DNA from: Hydrolagus affinis
Taxonomy: Eukaryota
DNA length: 64,000 nt
NCBI GenBank assembly: GCA_012026655.1
Contig: JAAILG010001060.1
Span: forward strand, 1 to 64,000
Direction: 5' to 3'
Below are positions 1 to 13,060 of the stretch, in pieces (position 1 is the stretch's first letter; every line of letters begins with the position of its first letter). The translations under genes were made by a program, and so were the position numbers. The notes beneath the pieces are model-generated. The model was given only the letters and a program-made list of their open reading frames with translations, did no database searches and was not told the origin of the DNA.

Positions 1-499
1 GAAATATTACATTTTCACCCAAAAGTGTTTGTTGCCAAGCTTTCTTTAATAATATTAATAATAATAATCCTTGCATTTGATGTGATAGTCTTAGCACATT
101 AATGAGACTACTCAAAGGACTTCATAGAGTGTAGAGTACTGTAAAGTGAATCGACTGTATATTTTGTGGGTGAAACAGCCGTAGAAACTTTTTCAGGTGT
201 TTTCACTCAGTTTCCTTTTAAAAAAAGGAAACAACTAGAATGGTCTCTTTAGTGTTGTACACTATTTATTATTTTGCTGCAGAGAATAAAGATTGGAGTA
301 AAACTTCTGGTGAGCCTAAAAATGAATCGACTGCCGATGACTGCGGTAGTGACACATTTCCTGGGTGCCAATGGGCTTTATATCACAGACTAAGCGGTTG
401 TGTGGAAAGTAAGAACAAGTAGGAGATATGCTTTCATTGTCCCTTTGCTTTCTAGTTATCTCCAGTCAAGACAGCGCAAACATACGCGTTGTCTAGGTT

Positions 500-826
500 G
501 ATATCCCGGTAACACGCTGGAAAGACAGCAGCATTACCACGGATGCCATTCTTAAGGTGGAATTGTTAAACCTCTGCGCCGTCCGTCTGTCTGTTCAAGT
601 TCATGTTAAAGATCCCACGGCACGATTAGAAACAGGAAGGCAGTTTCTAGCCAACAATTCCCCCAGATTAGAAAAAAAAACTTCTCGATGGTTTTCTCGG
701 TCATTGCTGTCGTATCCACTCCACCCACATACACAGTCACTACGCTTGGTAGAAGACCTCAGGGAAGTGCTATGAGGCCAATTAAACATGATAAAAGTGT
801 TTCACATCAAATGCAAGGATTATTAT
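500..826 (+). mobile_element. Degenerate Deu-domain SINE with a LINE-like tail
   Basis: GTTAAAGATCCCACGGCAC...GCCAACAATTCCCC resembles the Deu core and the 26331 copy. Confidence 0.6.
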
Positions 827-870
827 GATACACACATACATATACAAATACGTATGTATATACATATGGA

Positions 871-1209
871 AATAATAATAATCCTTGCATTTGATATAGT
901 GCTTTTCAAGTCTTCTAAACATCTCAAACACATCACAGAGTACACTGTAAAGTGAATTGACTGTATACTTGTGGTTGAAATGCAGCAGCCAATTGCGTAC
1001 AGCAGTATCCCACAAACAGTCGTGGATTGAAATGATCAATTTTTTAATTGTTTTTTTTGGAGGGATTATTATTAGGCACGCGCGCGTGTGTGTGCGTGTG
1101 TGTGTGTGTGATGTGTAAACTTGCCCAAGGTTTCGCCCCTGACCTGCCTGGATTCGAACACAGGTCTCAAGCTTGTAAGGCGAGCGCTCTAACCACTGAG
1201 CTACAGGAG
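871..1209 (-). mobile_element. Full-length young tRNA-derived SINE (dominant family here; resembles the C. milii SINE2-type family)
   Basis: Pol III A box TAGCTCAGTGG (1193-1203) and B box GTTCGAATCC (1150-1159). Central GCTGTGCGCAATTGGCTGCCGC-like core and LINE-like 3' tail ...AAATGCAAGGATT(ATT)n shared with more than 20 copies in the window. Confidence 0.9.
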
Positions 1210-4200
1210 AGTTTATTATGAGAATTATTGTTGAACTCTAAAACGTCAACGCATCAGGGAAAAGCATCAACTCACTAAACATCACAATCAATACAGATAT
1301 TCCTACAGAGAGAAGCAGTTAAGTGTACACTGGCTGTATTATGCCTTAGCCATCAATTGTAGATCGGATTATATTCTTGCATGGATAATGCGGCATTTTT
1401 AATCTTTCAGTGAGGATACAATTATGCACTGACAGCATGAAGTGCACCGAGCACAAGTGTCTCTCATGACAGACAGACAACATCGGTGGGGGGAAAAAAA
1501 CCCAAATGGATCTTTTAAAAAAAAGCTTGCGTAAGTAACCCCACGAACTCCCCCCAGCCAAATTGGGCTATATTATAATTATAATACTTCAACCGATGCC
1601 TTCCTCCCCTTAAGAAAATAACTAGATTTAAGCCACTCCTAAAACTCGTTCTCTTTCAAACTATCCATTTAAACTTCCAGTTAAAATCCAAGAACCAAAT
1701 CTAACAAAGGAAAAACCTTGGTGGCATTAATGTCACCAATAAAGTTTTTTTTTACAGTGTGACATCTAGGTTTATTTTCAGGAAGCTCCCAGCTATTCTT
1801 GCGTTTGTTTTTTTGGCCATCAATACAATTTGTTTTATCTGAACAATCTTTTTTCCACTGAAATCATGGTTACACTCTCTATTTTTAGCCAACTGGTATC
1901 TGGCTAAAACAGTCGGTAGGAACGGTATCCTGGTAACTGTAAAGCTTTAGACTTCCCTGTTGATATAGTTTCTAAGCAATTGCCAAAGTTAGACCATCAA
2001 GGGCATGACAAATAGCGTTATTATCTGTAAGTAGATCCCATTAGGAAGCAGATTTTAGCTGATTTAACCTTCTTTATCTAAACCTTGAGTCATAATGAAC
2101 ACCCGTGTTCCACATTAATTTGAGACACAATCGGGTTTTCTTTTTAAACAGTGACTGAAGCAGGCTGCTCTGGCTAACCACTTACAGCTCTCTCCCCCCT
2201 TCATCCTGTTCCCTTTCCTTTATTGCATCCTGCTTTGTTGTGCATTAAAACACGAATTGAAACATTTCCAAACAATTGGGTGTTTGAAATTCGTGCGGGA
2301 GAGCAATGCAATGATACATTAAAACACACACACACACACACATTCACATGTTAATTTTCATGTTGATTGCTGAGCCGAGAAACTTAATGAAACACATACT
2401 CGTGATTTGTTAATTACAACTTCCCTTCTGTTTATTTGGGTCATCAAACTGCTCTTTTTTCAGGATTTTTTTTAAATATTTTTTGTATTTTTCTCCCCCC
2501 CCAATGAAATAAATTATCAAAAGCAGCACGCAGAACGGTAGCAGGGGCTATATTATGAGACAATAGCTTAGCCAGCAGCTGACTGCAATAAATAAATTAT
2601 ATACGAGAGTATATAAATACACCCAAATAAGCAATATGTATGTAATATATATGTGTGTGTATCTATATATATATATAGATACACACATAGACAGAATCCA
2701 TTTAATGAATAGTGATGCCCGGGACTGGGATGAGTAAAAAATCTCCATATAAGGAAAACAACCCCCTCCCTCTGATAGACAGTATTTCTACGTTGGAGAC
2801 ATTTAAAGACACTCCATGTACTTCGAAGACGGAGGCAGTGAGGGCCACCAACCGTCGTTGAGGGCAATGGACCAACTTTTCAAGGTCAAGCACAGAGCCT
2901 TGACCTTCAAAACAGCTGAGTGGCATTGTGTAAGGGTGTGAGAGAGACTGTAACACTGCCTGCCAGCCAGTTCTGAGGATTGCAGTCAATTAAAAGCATC
3001 ACATTCACACACAGGAAATACAAATAACTTGGATATGGGTGATAAAAGTGTACAGTACAGTAGTACATCACGCCAGGCAATGATTCCCACTTCAAATTCG
3101 CTATACAGTATGCTGTCCCCACCCCACTCTACAGGCCTCCGAGACGTTACCCCAAGTCAAAGGTACAATATAAACGCAAGTTCTTGTTGCAATGGGCGCA
3201 CATGTGGATGTCTGCTGAAGGACCCAGTTGGGCGCTGCTCTAATGTCGTTCACTTTTGTAGGCTAACACATGAAGAAAAGGCCACTAGGACAAGGGCCTG
3301 TGGGACTCAGCGCCTGTGGAACTTACCCCAGAGGAGACGACAGGAAAATTGACCAAACGATGTGCTTGTACAGCAGGCTTATGGTCTACATGATTGAAAC
3401 AGTGGGATCCCTGATCAATGTGTCCCAGGAGCTCCAATTAACCACTGTATTATCCACTAAAAACTTAACCCGACAACTGACACTGCCGCCTGGGGCATTT
3501 CCACACAACAATGAGAAAAATGCTCACAAATCGGTCTAAAATCGTAGGTTTCGATGACACTAGAGATGAAACCTTGGCAAATATAGATTTTTTTCATTAA
3601 CGTTATATTTCACAGCTGTAGAAAGCCAAGGGGGCTTCAGAGAGGCGAGCGGCTAGGTTTTAATGAAGTAATTCGGCTCATCATCAAGGCGTACATTTTT
3701 TTAAATTTAAAAGTCAGCTGTACTTTGCTTTCATTCAAATTTAAGATGAAAACCCATGAACTCCTCAATGTAATCTTTTAGCCTCAGAGTTTAAATTCAT
3801 GACGTTAAAATATAGACTGAATTGAATTAGTTTCTTCATATAGAGTCCATGCTTTTATTTATCTTCCACAATTCTAAAGCACAGTTCTGCAATGAAATCA
3901 CTAATATGTTTTACATTAGAACAATGGCTCGATATTTTGCTACAAACATTTATGAGGTTGGGATAAAAAGATCACTCTAATCACCTGGCTGTGTTTTGGT
4001 TGAATAAAACTCAACATTGTTTACGCTCTTTCAAATCCTATGCATGTCAAGGCAATTACTTAGAAAACACTTCATTCTACTTGGATTCTAACAACCAAAA
4101 TATGTTTTTAATGCCTGTGGGAGTCTGGCAAACGTGGAAGTATAAAACTATATTTTCAGGGATTCACAGTATCTTATAACTAGTTTGTTTGTTGGAGCCA

Positions 4201-6685
4201 CTTGCTACAGGAGAGGAGCACTTCATTTTATTAAGAGATTACAACCTATTGTGGAATATTTAAGTGCACCGTAAATATCTCCAAGTAATTAACAGTTAAT
4301 AATGGCTTATAAATATTTAATACAGCGTGTTCAATTTTCAGGAAAACTGTTAACCAATGAACAATTAGCAAATATTAGTGTCATGGATTTTCTATTTAAC
4401 AAATACTGTTAGCTGAATATTGTAGTGTCACAGCAGCTTTTATTAAGCATTGGTGAATACTGCTCTTATAATTAACATTTTATTAAACTACCGTTAATTA
4501 TTTGTGTGAATGCTATTACTGCAGCTTTGTTGGACTGGGGTAGTTTACAGAAGCCATTGAAATGTGGTCGATTTTATGACTGAAATCGCCCAAATATGTC
4601 ACAAGGTAAGTGTTTCTGGAAATACACTGAGATACTGACGATAACCCTTAGATGAAAGAAATTTACTTGGGGCTTGTCAGATGCTCGTCACAGCAGAGGG
4701 AACTGGTACCAGTCAGTAACTTGATTCAGTGAGAACTGACAATATTTAAAAATCTTGCAAATAAAATGCAAAAAAAAACTATGCTAAATGAAAAATGTTA
4801 ATACATTTTAAATAATTATCACCTTCATAATTACATTATCATCCTGCCTCTCCGCAGAGTCTTATGTTATATAATAAGCTGCAAGTGTTAATACGCGGGA
4901 GCAAACGCGTTGAAGCAGGCAGGCGGGCTGAGTTTCTAAAATATACACATTTTTTCAATAAGCCCATCCATTTACATGATCACAATGATTCTATCACATG
5001 AATGTTTCCTCACTAAAAGTACAAACACGTTGATGAGACGCGGCAATCTGCCGCTTGTTACACATAAGACGTTTTGTTCGCACGTGTATATATCACAACG
5101 CGGAGTGACACTGCCGGAGAACAGGACACTTTCCGTTTCGTATCCGGTGACAGCAACAAATATCAACGCGTTACATAAGGCAAGGATCAGATAAATGCCA
5201 GGCTTGCCCACGCTACCTGGCCCAACGCACACAATTCAGCAAAAGCCACAGCTTGCTCCACAAAGGGTCTTTTTTCTCTCTCCCAGCAAATCTTCACCGA
5301 GGAAGAGAGTTAAAACTGATGCCCATTGGGAATGTTTACTACATTCTTGAGATACTGTACTTGAGTTTGCCTGAACAAACTCGTGCCCATTAAGTAGATC
5401 ACATTTTCCTTTGGTTGGTCTGCAAGGGCGTGGGTCATAGAACAAAAAAAGTTACCAGTCTAAAGGGTAATGTATGACAACTGTGCGAAAGTACATTTAA
5501 TTGTACAAGAATAAAAACACTCGGTTTCAGTCAGACCAAAGTGCCAGTCCTGCACAGTGTTATCCAATTTGACTGCCATATGGTCAAAAACATTTCAATT
5601 ACCTAAACTGTACTTCTGGGAGGGATAGAGAGCTAATGCCGTACTAGGAATAGGCCGTTGGTGGTTCCGTCATTGCATTCCTACTTAAAAGTTAATAATC
5701 GTCAGAAGGGAGTTCCAAAGAGTGGGGGCAGAGAGATTGAAGGCCTGACCGCACATGGTGGTAGGGTTAGAGGGAGTGAAGCAGGCCAGAGGGAACGGAC
5801 AGGTTGGAACAAGCAAAGTGAGTTGTGCATCGTGCTGATCAGAATGTATAACATGAAGTGGAGCGGTGGGTCCATTGAGTAGCCATTTGATTGTTATCTG
5901 TTGCCAACAATGCCTGCCCCCTTCTCAACTAATCCCTTACACCTCCTTCAAGATCTAATGAATTGGGAGTTTGATCTCTCCCAAGACCAGTTGGCAAAAG
6001 TTTGTCAAAGCCCCTGTTGGTATTAGCAATGGTTTAAAAGGGTTAAGAGAGTCACACTGCCACTAAGCAGCAGCAGATGGGATTCCACAATCTCAGGAAA
6101 ATAAAAAAAACAAAAAGTCAGGGTGACAGACACAAGCTATCACCATTCCATTCCCACCCTCTCCAGAGCTCAATTTCTTGAGCCTCGCCTTATTTACACT
6201 CAAAACATTCAAATCCATTTTGCTCGTTTTGGAGGATTAAAACTTGAAATGATAAAAGTTGCTTTTTTAAAAAATATTCAATCACTCATTGGTAGAGTTA
6301 ATCAGATTACTTATATGTGCCTGGATATCAATCCACTCAAGCGTGGAGCTGTAGCTTAACTACCTAATGTCGACAGGAGTCACAACTGTACATGCTCATG
6401 GAAGACAATTACAGAAGAAAAAAAAGAACCGCTGACTTGGGCGGCAACATTAAAAATAAACTCTGATTAATTCCCCCGCCCACAAAGAAACTGCCTATTC
6501 GTTTTTTTCCACAAAAGGAATTTTAAAAAATAATAAACTCTTCAGAATGAGCGGGAGGGAAAAAAAAATCGTTGGGGGAAAAAATTGTGAGGAAGAGAAC
6601 ACCAAACGTTAGCATAACATAACACTCAACCAACGAGCGTGTTTATAGTTTCACCGTTTTCACTCCATGTTCAGGTGAGACTTAC

Positions 6686-6828
6686 CCAGCCTTTGTCGCA
6701 TCTAACTCTCGAGGAACTTCGTCGGGCAAGAAGAAGCTGTGACATTTGACAGAGTGCTGCATTTCCGCACTCATTGTTTTGGAGACATCATAGTAATGGC
6801 CGAATCTCGAGGAGCACACCAAGGCTGT
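6686..6828 (-). CDS. ELP4: ELP4 coding exon 5 (143 nt; TALVCSSRFGHYYDVSKTMSAEMQHSVKCHSFFLPDEVPRELDATKA-G); later exons lie left of the window
   Basis: Acceptor TCCGATAG, donor TGG|GTAAGT (phase 2). SSRFGHYYD and FFLP motifs. No exon-6-like peptide (EGFDGS) was found in 1-6685. Confidence 0.96.
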
Positions 6829-9800
6829 CTATCGGATGAACATTGAAAGGTTTGTTTGGTTAAAATGCAAAATTGCACAGATGCTGAATTAAATTACAGG
6901 TAAATATCATATAATGGAATGGAAAAGCAAAATATTTATCTGCACATCACATTCAAGTTAGAGAAACCAAATTAAAATTGCTCCTTGTACAACAAATCCA
7001 CGACTGTTTGTGGGACACTGGCTGCCAATTTCTCCCACAAAATACACAGTCAATTCACTAAACAATATACTATACTGTGTGAAGCGCTTTGAGACGCTGT
7101 GCAAATGCAAGAATTATTATTATATAACAACAGAACCAATTGCTGAAGGGCCTTTCCCCTTTAGAAGAGGATTCACTGTTGAAGAAACCACAGCAAAAGA
7201 TGAACGCAAACTTAAAATAAAATTCCTGAACGGCGCGGTACCAGAAAACTGATACTGTATTTGAGGTCAATACTGAACAGCATAAAACTTATTCCTTTGG
7301 TGAAATCAGAACGGAACCTTTTATTTGTTTGTGAGAATTGTTCTGCATTATTGCAGCCCTTTGTAATGGTTTGGATTTTTAAATTTTCCTCCAGGAATAG
7401 ACAACAATAGTAAACCGGCAGCACAAACAAATTGGGATTTACTTTTTTTTTAAATGAGTACATTTAAAAAAATAATAAATGATATTCTCCTTAGCGCTGG
7501 ATTCAGATCTATTTCAGCCAGAGTTGATGTTGTACGGGAATATCTGCCGAGGGTGAACTTACACCTCTCTACACATCCCCACAAAAACTATTTAGTCTTT
7601 GGGCTATTCTTTGGTCTGTATAATCTAGTCCTTATCCGGATTACCCAACCACAAATGTTTTCATTGCAATCTCTGCTAGAGCTCATCTTTTCATTGTGCA
7701 CATCCTAGTCTCCTTAACATTTTAGCAAGGCCTTGACTAACTGAACTTTGATCTGATGTCTTGATTCAGGAAAGCACCAGGTAGTCCATTTCAGATGCAA
7801 ATCCTTGCTGAGGCCCAGTCGTGTTTTGTAAGAACAGCAAAGAGAAGAAACAAGTAGTTTCCAGGGTCCAAGGAGAGGATCTCAGGGCACGCTGGTGCCG
7901 TTAATCCACACTGCAATATGGATTAAGGTGGGGGATAACCTTTTTTAATTCACAAGAAAGAGCATTGCTTCGACAAGCTGGGTGGAGACTGAGATCTGAC
8001 TATAATAAAACAGTATGTAATAAAAGCATGTTGTGTGTCAGAGAATTGTGAATAGCCCTTGTTTTTTTTTACAAATTCCCAGGCCCAGTGGGAAGCTTGC
8101 AAAGGCCTACCTGAACCAACTAAGTGTGAATAATCTGCCTTTGGTTGAATGGCCTGGGTAAAGCCTTTCTTTCCTCAGAAGTTGCGAAGTTGATAAATTT
8201 ATTATCTAAGACCTACGAGGGCTTGTGCTCTCCTTTGCTCGAGTGCGGATAGGCTGAACGAAGAGGAACAGGCAGAAAACTGTCAGATAGCAGACTGCTG
8301 GCTTTCAGTCTGCTTGCTGCTAAATGTTTCTAATTGCAACACTAATGTGTTAGAAATCTCAGATTCAAGATGAACCTAGGCAGAAAATTGATTTCATGCT
8401 GTGACAGCTTATACATTGCCCCAAGTACACAAACATGTCATTGAGAAGCTTTATCGTCCCACAATTTTGTTTACAGATGAATTGCAGTTACTTTAGTAAC
8501 CTTGGATAAATTGACTTTTTTTTTGTTGCCATTGTTGGAAGTCCTGCAGGTGGGTGGACATATTTTGCCCCCACTCCGCGCCCCCCCCACCCCCACACCC
8601 ACCCCCTTGCCCCTAGTATTAGATCGCTATCCGCAAGAAATTGCATAACGTGGCTGTAATAAATGCCAATAAATCATTCATGTTTCATGACATTATTTAC
8701 ATTTTAAACCATGACATCCCTCCAGATTTGCAGAAATGACGGACTCACAAGCACGGAACAACTGGTTTGAGGGCCTTGAGGGCGGCTTGTTGAGCCTACG
8801 GTTATTTTATGTCACTTGTATGTTAACTTCACAATGATTAGATTGCTATGACAATGAAGCTGATACATTCTCAAGTGCTTTCTTTACTCATTTAGCACAT
8901 GGATAAGCAAGCCAATTGCTTGATTCAGTGCTTTCCAATTGACAGATCATACTATCTCTGTCAACTCTTGTTCAGCTTTATTCCATTCATTATTGTTGTC
9001 TTGTGGCAATATGTAGATGTTTTTTCATTTGGACAAGCGCAAAATACTAATACAGTTCCGATCCCACAATTTTAATGCATCCTTACACCCCCACACACAC
9101 ACCTACCTATTGGACAGCTACTTTTAAATAATTTAGGATTTGGAAAATATTCAACTTTCTACGTGGATTCAAAGTAAGAAAAAATTAAAGTTTCACACCC
9201 ATAAGTACAGCTAGCACCAAAGTATTTAAAGAAAAATCCCAGAGATTTTTTGCACGCTGCACACTTTAAAAACTGCTTGCAAAGGTGCTAAGTGAAATCT
9301 TGATCTTTGCTGAGTTATAGGATCTAACGCTGAGTTATATGTGCTAACGTTGGTATCAATGAGGGGAGAGGGGGGGAAAATCAGGCAGGGATCCCACTGT
9401 TGATCACTACTCCTTGCTATGAGGTACTTTGTGACTAGAGCAAGGACAGGATGAAATGAACCCCGATTGCAATGTGGATTTCCTTCCACCCTCCAATAGC
9501 TCAGCAACACTCACTGTCTGAAAACTTTTCTGTTGTACGGTCACAGACAGCAACCAAGACAGTTGGATCTTTAAAACAGGACAGGAAAACACTCAAAACA
9601 AAGCTTTAACAACCTTATGAGCACAAAACGCAACAGGGCATTGCTGCAAAGTGTGCAGATCTCTCATTTTGTAATATTTGGGAAGATGAGACAATTCAGA
9701 GGAATACATCTGTTTTGACATTTTAAGATTGCACTTTAATACATCCCATTATGGACTTGAAGAACACGGGAACCCGACTGAATTACCCGTCATCCTTTGA

Positions 9801-11548
9801 GTGCTGAGGGCAAATGGAGTCAGAGCTGTGAAGGTTAATATATTTTGATGTGCACAGTCTAGTGTTGTTTATTTACACGCATGAATTAAACATTTTATTT
9901 TAGTCTTTTATGCATTGTTGTATTAACAGGACTAAATAAACAAGATCTGATTGGGAAGTGGTTTTTTACATGGTTATACATCAAAAACCAGAAGCAATTT
10001 ACATTTGAATGGGGGCAACTCCTCTGCACCAGTAGCTTCACACTGTGAAATGGACTCCAGCCAAAGCAAACTAGCGATGAAATGTGATCTCGGGAACAAA
10101 TTACAAGTTTGTCTTATGAATACTATAATAAAGAAAAGGCTCCCCTCTCTCTCTCTCTGCCTGAATTTTGCACGTTTGTGAAAGTCGTGCTTTGTTACCC
10201 GCCCTATTCTGGAGGTCGGCTGCAAACATAATGGCTTTTCATTTCCTGATCTTGTAAGATTGCTTACCCATCACGTAACTCTAGTTTATTTAGCCCCCCT
10301 TCTATTAACACAACAATGCACTGTAAAGTGAAATTAAATGATTAATTCAAGTATGTGGAACACATTAGCCTCTTTAACACGCTGCCTTCATTTTGCCCCC
10401 TAGCATTCAAAGAAGCTGTTGGTTCCAGCAGTTTGAAGCAGTCTGCTGTCACATAATCTTAAATTTTAAAGCAATGCATCTGCTCATTTTACTGGTGCCT
10501 CTCAATCCACCCGAGTCCACGCGTTTCGCACTTTGAAACTTCTCCACACTCTGCTGCGGGCAAGCATCGTGTGTTTTTTTTCGCCATCTTCACAACATCA
10601 ACACAGATACTATTCTTAATAATAATAATAATCCCTGCCTTTGGTATAGCTCCCTATCACGTCGTCGAGGTGTGTCAAAGCGCTTCACGGGAAATGGCTG
10701 AAAATCGGTACAACTGTCTATTGTGTGGGAGAGAAGAGAGTTGTTTGTAGTCCAACAAATAACCTGCCACGTGCAAATCATAACTCAAAACAACAACAAA
10801 AAAATTGCATGTATAGAGTGCCTTTCACGTCGGGAGGACGTCCCAAAGCGCTGGGAGAAAATATCCCCACAGAAGAACAAAAGCACAATTCTTTTAAACC
10901 ACCGAGAACCTGCTGGCCCCTGAAAGAGCTGCTTTTTGCATCGATTAGGAATTAAATGTTCCTATATTAACGAGCAAAGGATTGACAGTTGACAACAAAA
11001 TAACTGGACTTTGTGGATGCCACGATGTTAGATTGAATCTGCACTTAGAAGAAAGTGTTGATTTACAAAATGTGATCAGATCTCCTCCACATCAAAGCAA
11101 GGTGACCTTTAGAAATGATTAAAACCATGGCATAAATTTTTTTTTTTTTCCATTTTTAGCCAGAGTGAAGAATAAATTACAATCGGAACAGTTTTAGCTC
11201 AAAGTATTTAAATGACTATTGCTGTATGAAAACAAAATCTGCTGCACAAACCAAGCAGAAAATAACCCCAACCTTTTTAATATTTCAAAATAGTTACGAA
11301 ACAATGCAGTTATGCCTTTTCAAACCGAAAAATACATCATAATTAGAAGAAACTTTCCCATTTTATTCTCTTGCTCAACATGTTCAAAAACAACTGCATG
11401 TTTAGTTTTTATCCATTCATTCTTTGCTCCGAGATGTCCTCACGACGTGAAAGCTGCTATGTAAAACGTAAACTGCATTTTATTGCATTTGCCCAATGTA
11501 TGTGGCAGTCAGATACGGTTGGGATTCCGACCAAGGTAAAGACTGTAC

Positions 11549-11689
11549 CTGTACTTTCGGTAGGTTCTGGTACCGCCATGCTATTTTCATAGAATTCTGT
11601 GAGGCAGCGGTGGCAGAATCATTTACATCCCCCGATTCGTCCTCCATCTCACTCTGAGCAACATCATCGAGCAGGGGTGCTGGGAGCTC
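11549..11689 (-). CDS. ELP4: ELP4 coding exon 4 (141 nt; ELPAPLLDDVAQSEMEDESGDVNDSATAASQNSMKIAWRYQNLPKVQ)
   Basis: Acceptor GAACAG, donor CAG|GTACAG, phase 0/0. ELPAPLLDD and MKIAWRYQ are ELP4 hallmarks. Confidence 0.97.
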
Positions 11690-11811
11690 CTGTTCACACC
11701 CAGAGGAGAGAAATTACATGGTTTGGGATCCATAAATATACTTGGGATTATTCAAGTACTGTACAAGCAAAAGTAAAAATGAAAGAAGAAACGCACAGCT
11801 TTAAGTTTTAT

Positions 11812-11985
11812 AATAATCCTTGTATTAGATATAGCGCTTTTCACATCTTATCGACGTCTCACAGCACTTTCACAGAATATACTGTAAAGTGAATTGACTG
11901 TATACTTGTGGGAGAAACGTGGCAGCCAATTGCGCACAGCAGCATCCCCCACAAACAGTCGTGGATTGAATTGACCAATTTTTAT
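11812..11985 (-). mobile_element. 3' half of the dominant SINE; other minus-strand partial copies at ~58-180, ~10615-10720, ~40265-40340, ~54473-54800 and ~60220-60330
   Basis: Shared tail (TAATAATCCTTG(C/T)ATT) and core (ACTGTAAAGTGAATTGACTGTAT). Confidence 0.8.
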
Positions 11986-12339
11986 CAACAGAAATAAAAA
12001 TACAGCATCTTCCGAACGGTGAATTCAAATCCCAATGCCCTGTGACATCCTCCCGACGTGAAAAATACAAGGTGTTGTTTTTGTTGTCACCCATCCTCTG
12101 TACTGACTGACATTTTATTTTTCCTGCCTTTATTTCTAAGACAAACTTTTTACTTGAGGCGTTAGTGCACATTAACACCCTTTCAACAACAACAAAATTA
12201 CATTTGATAGAGGGCCTTTCACATCGGGAGGAAAGCTTTCAGAAACAGAAAATAACCTTAGGTTTTGCTCTTTTACTTAAACAATTCTTTTTCATTGTTT
12301 TGGGGATAATAAAATATTAGGACCCGAGAAGCTGAAAGG

Positions 12340-13060
12340 CATTGATTTTATCTTGCTCGGCCCCTCCTGTAAATTGAAATGCACAGCCTAACTTCTCAAG
12401 GGTTTTTGTCCACCGATAATGGATTAGAGAGAAGAAAAACAATTGATTTGCCGTTTAACTAACACCTCAAATTAACACCTGCAACTTTTTTTAAAAAAAG
12501 AAGCAGGCAGCGTTATCTTAATTAAGCTCGATTATCCCAAGGCCAATCAAGTGATCCTTGCAGATCAGTTTGCTGACAAAGATCATTAGGGTAATTCCTA
12601 TCTAAGCGCTCACCTAACTCCCTGGGCTGGCCATTGTTGTAGATTTGCAACTGACATAATCGGTGACACCTGTTTGCTGCCTGCTTGTATCGCACTGATG
12701 TTGTGCAAAACAGCTAAGACATTTTATGTGAAGGGGAAGAAACCTTAGGAGTGGATTAACTATTTCACAGCAGTCAGTTTTAATGTAACAATAGGAATGA
12801 ATCGAACATTCCCCCCGTGGGCAACAGTGGTTTTGGTGCGAGCCCTTTTCTCCAACAAACAGTACATTCATTTACTTTTCTTTTTAGAATCTGCGCTAAT
12901 TTGCACTTGTTCACTGATCCGTGGTAAACTTCTTTTTTTGTTGAAAAAAATTAATGAAGCAACTGCTGGCGCTATCTAGTTTAAGTTTAAAGTATTGCTG
13001 ACCTAGCCGTCTGATCAAAAGGCATCAAACTTTTAATACGATCCCCATCAAAAATAGCAA
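12340..13060. promoter_or_regulatory. Candidate enhancer (CNE-like) in ELP4 intron 3
   Basis: Repeat-free; dense homeodomain (GGATTA x2, CTTAATTAAG) and TCF-like ATCAAA motifs. ELP4 introns are known to host PAX6 enhancers. Confidence 0.45.

Noticed and set aside
782-1039. Recurrent ORF peptides such as YTVNSLYS, CKDYYY and IQSIHFTVYSVKRFETS
   Set aside because: These are translations of the dominant non-coding SINE, not a gene family.
1140-1209. tRNA-like sequences (also 14985-15053, 18730-18798, 62589-62665)
   Set aside because: They are SINE heads: the anticodon differs between copies (TAC/TGC), no clear acceptor stem is evident, and each continues into the SINE body.
5640-6110. Possible decayed CR1-like fragment
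   Set aside because: The resemblance is too weak to assign a family or boundaries by eye.
1-6685. Search for ELP4 exon 6 and for PAX6 exons
   Set aside because: No matching peptide on either strand; they are expected left of the window.
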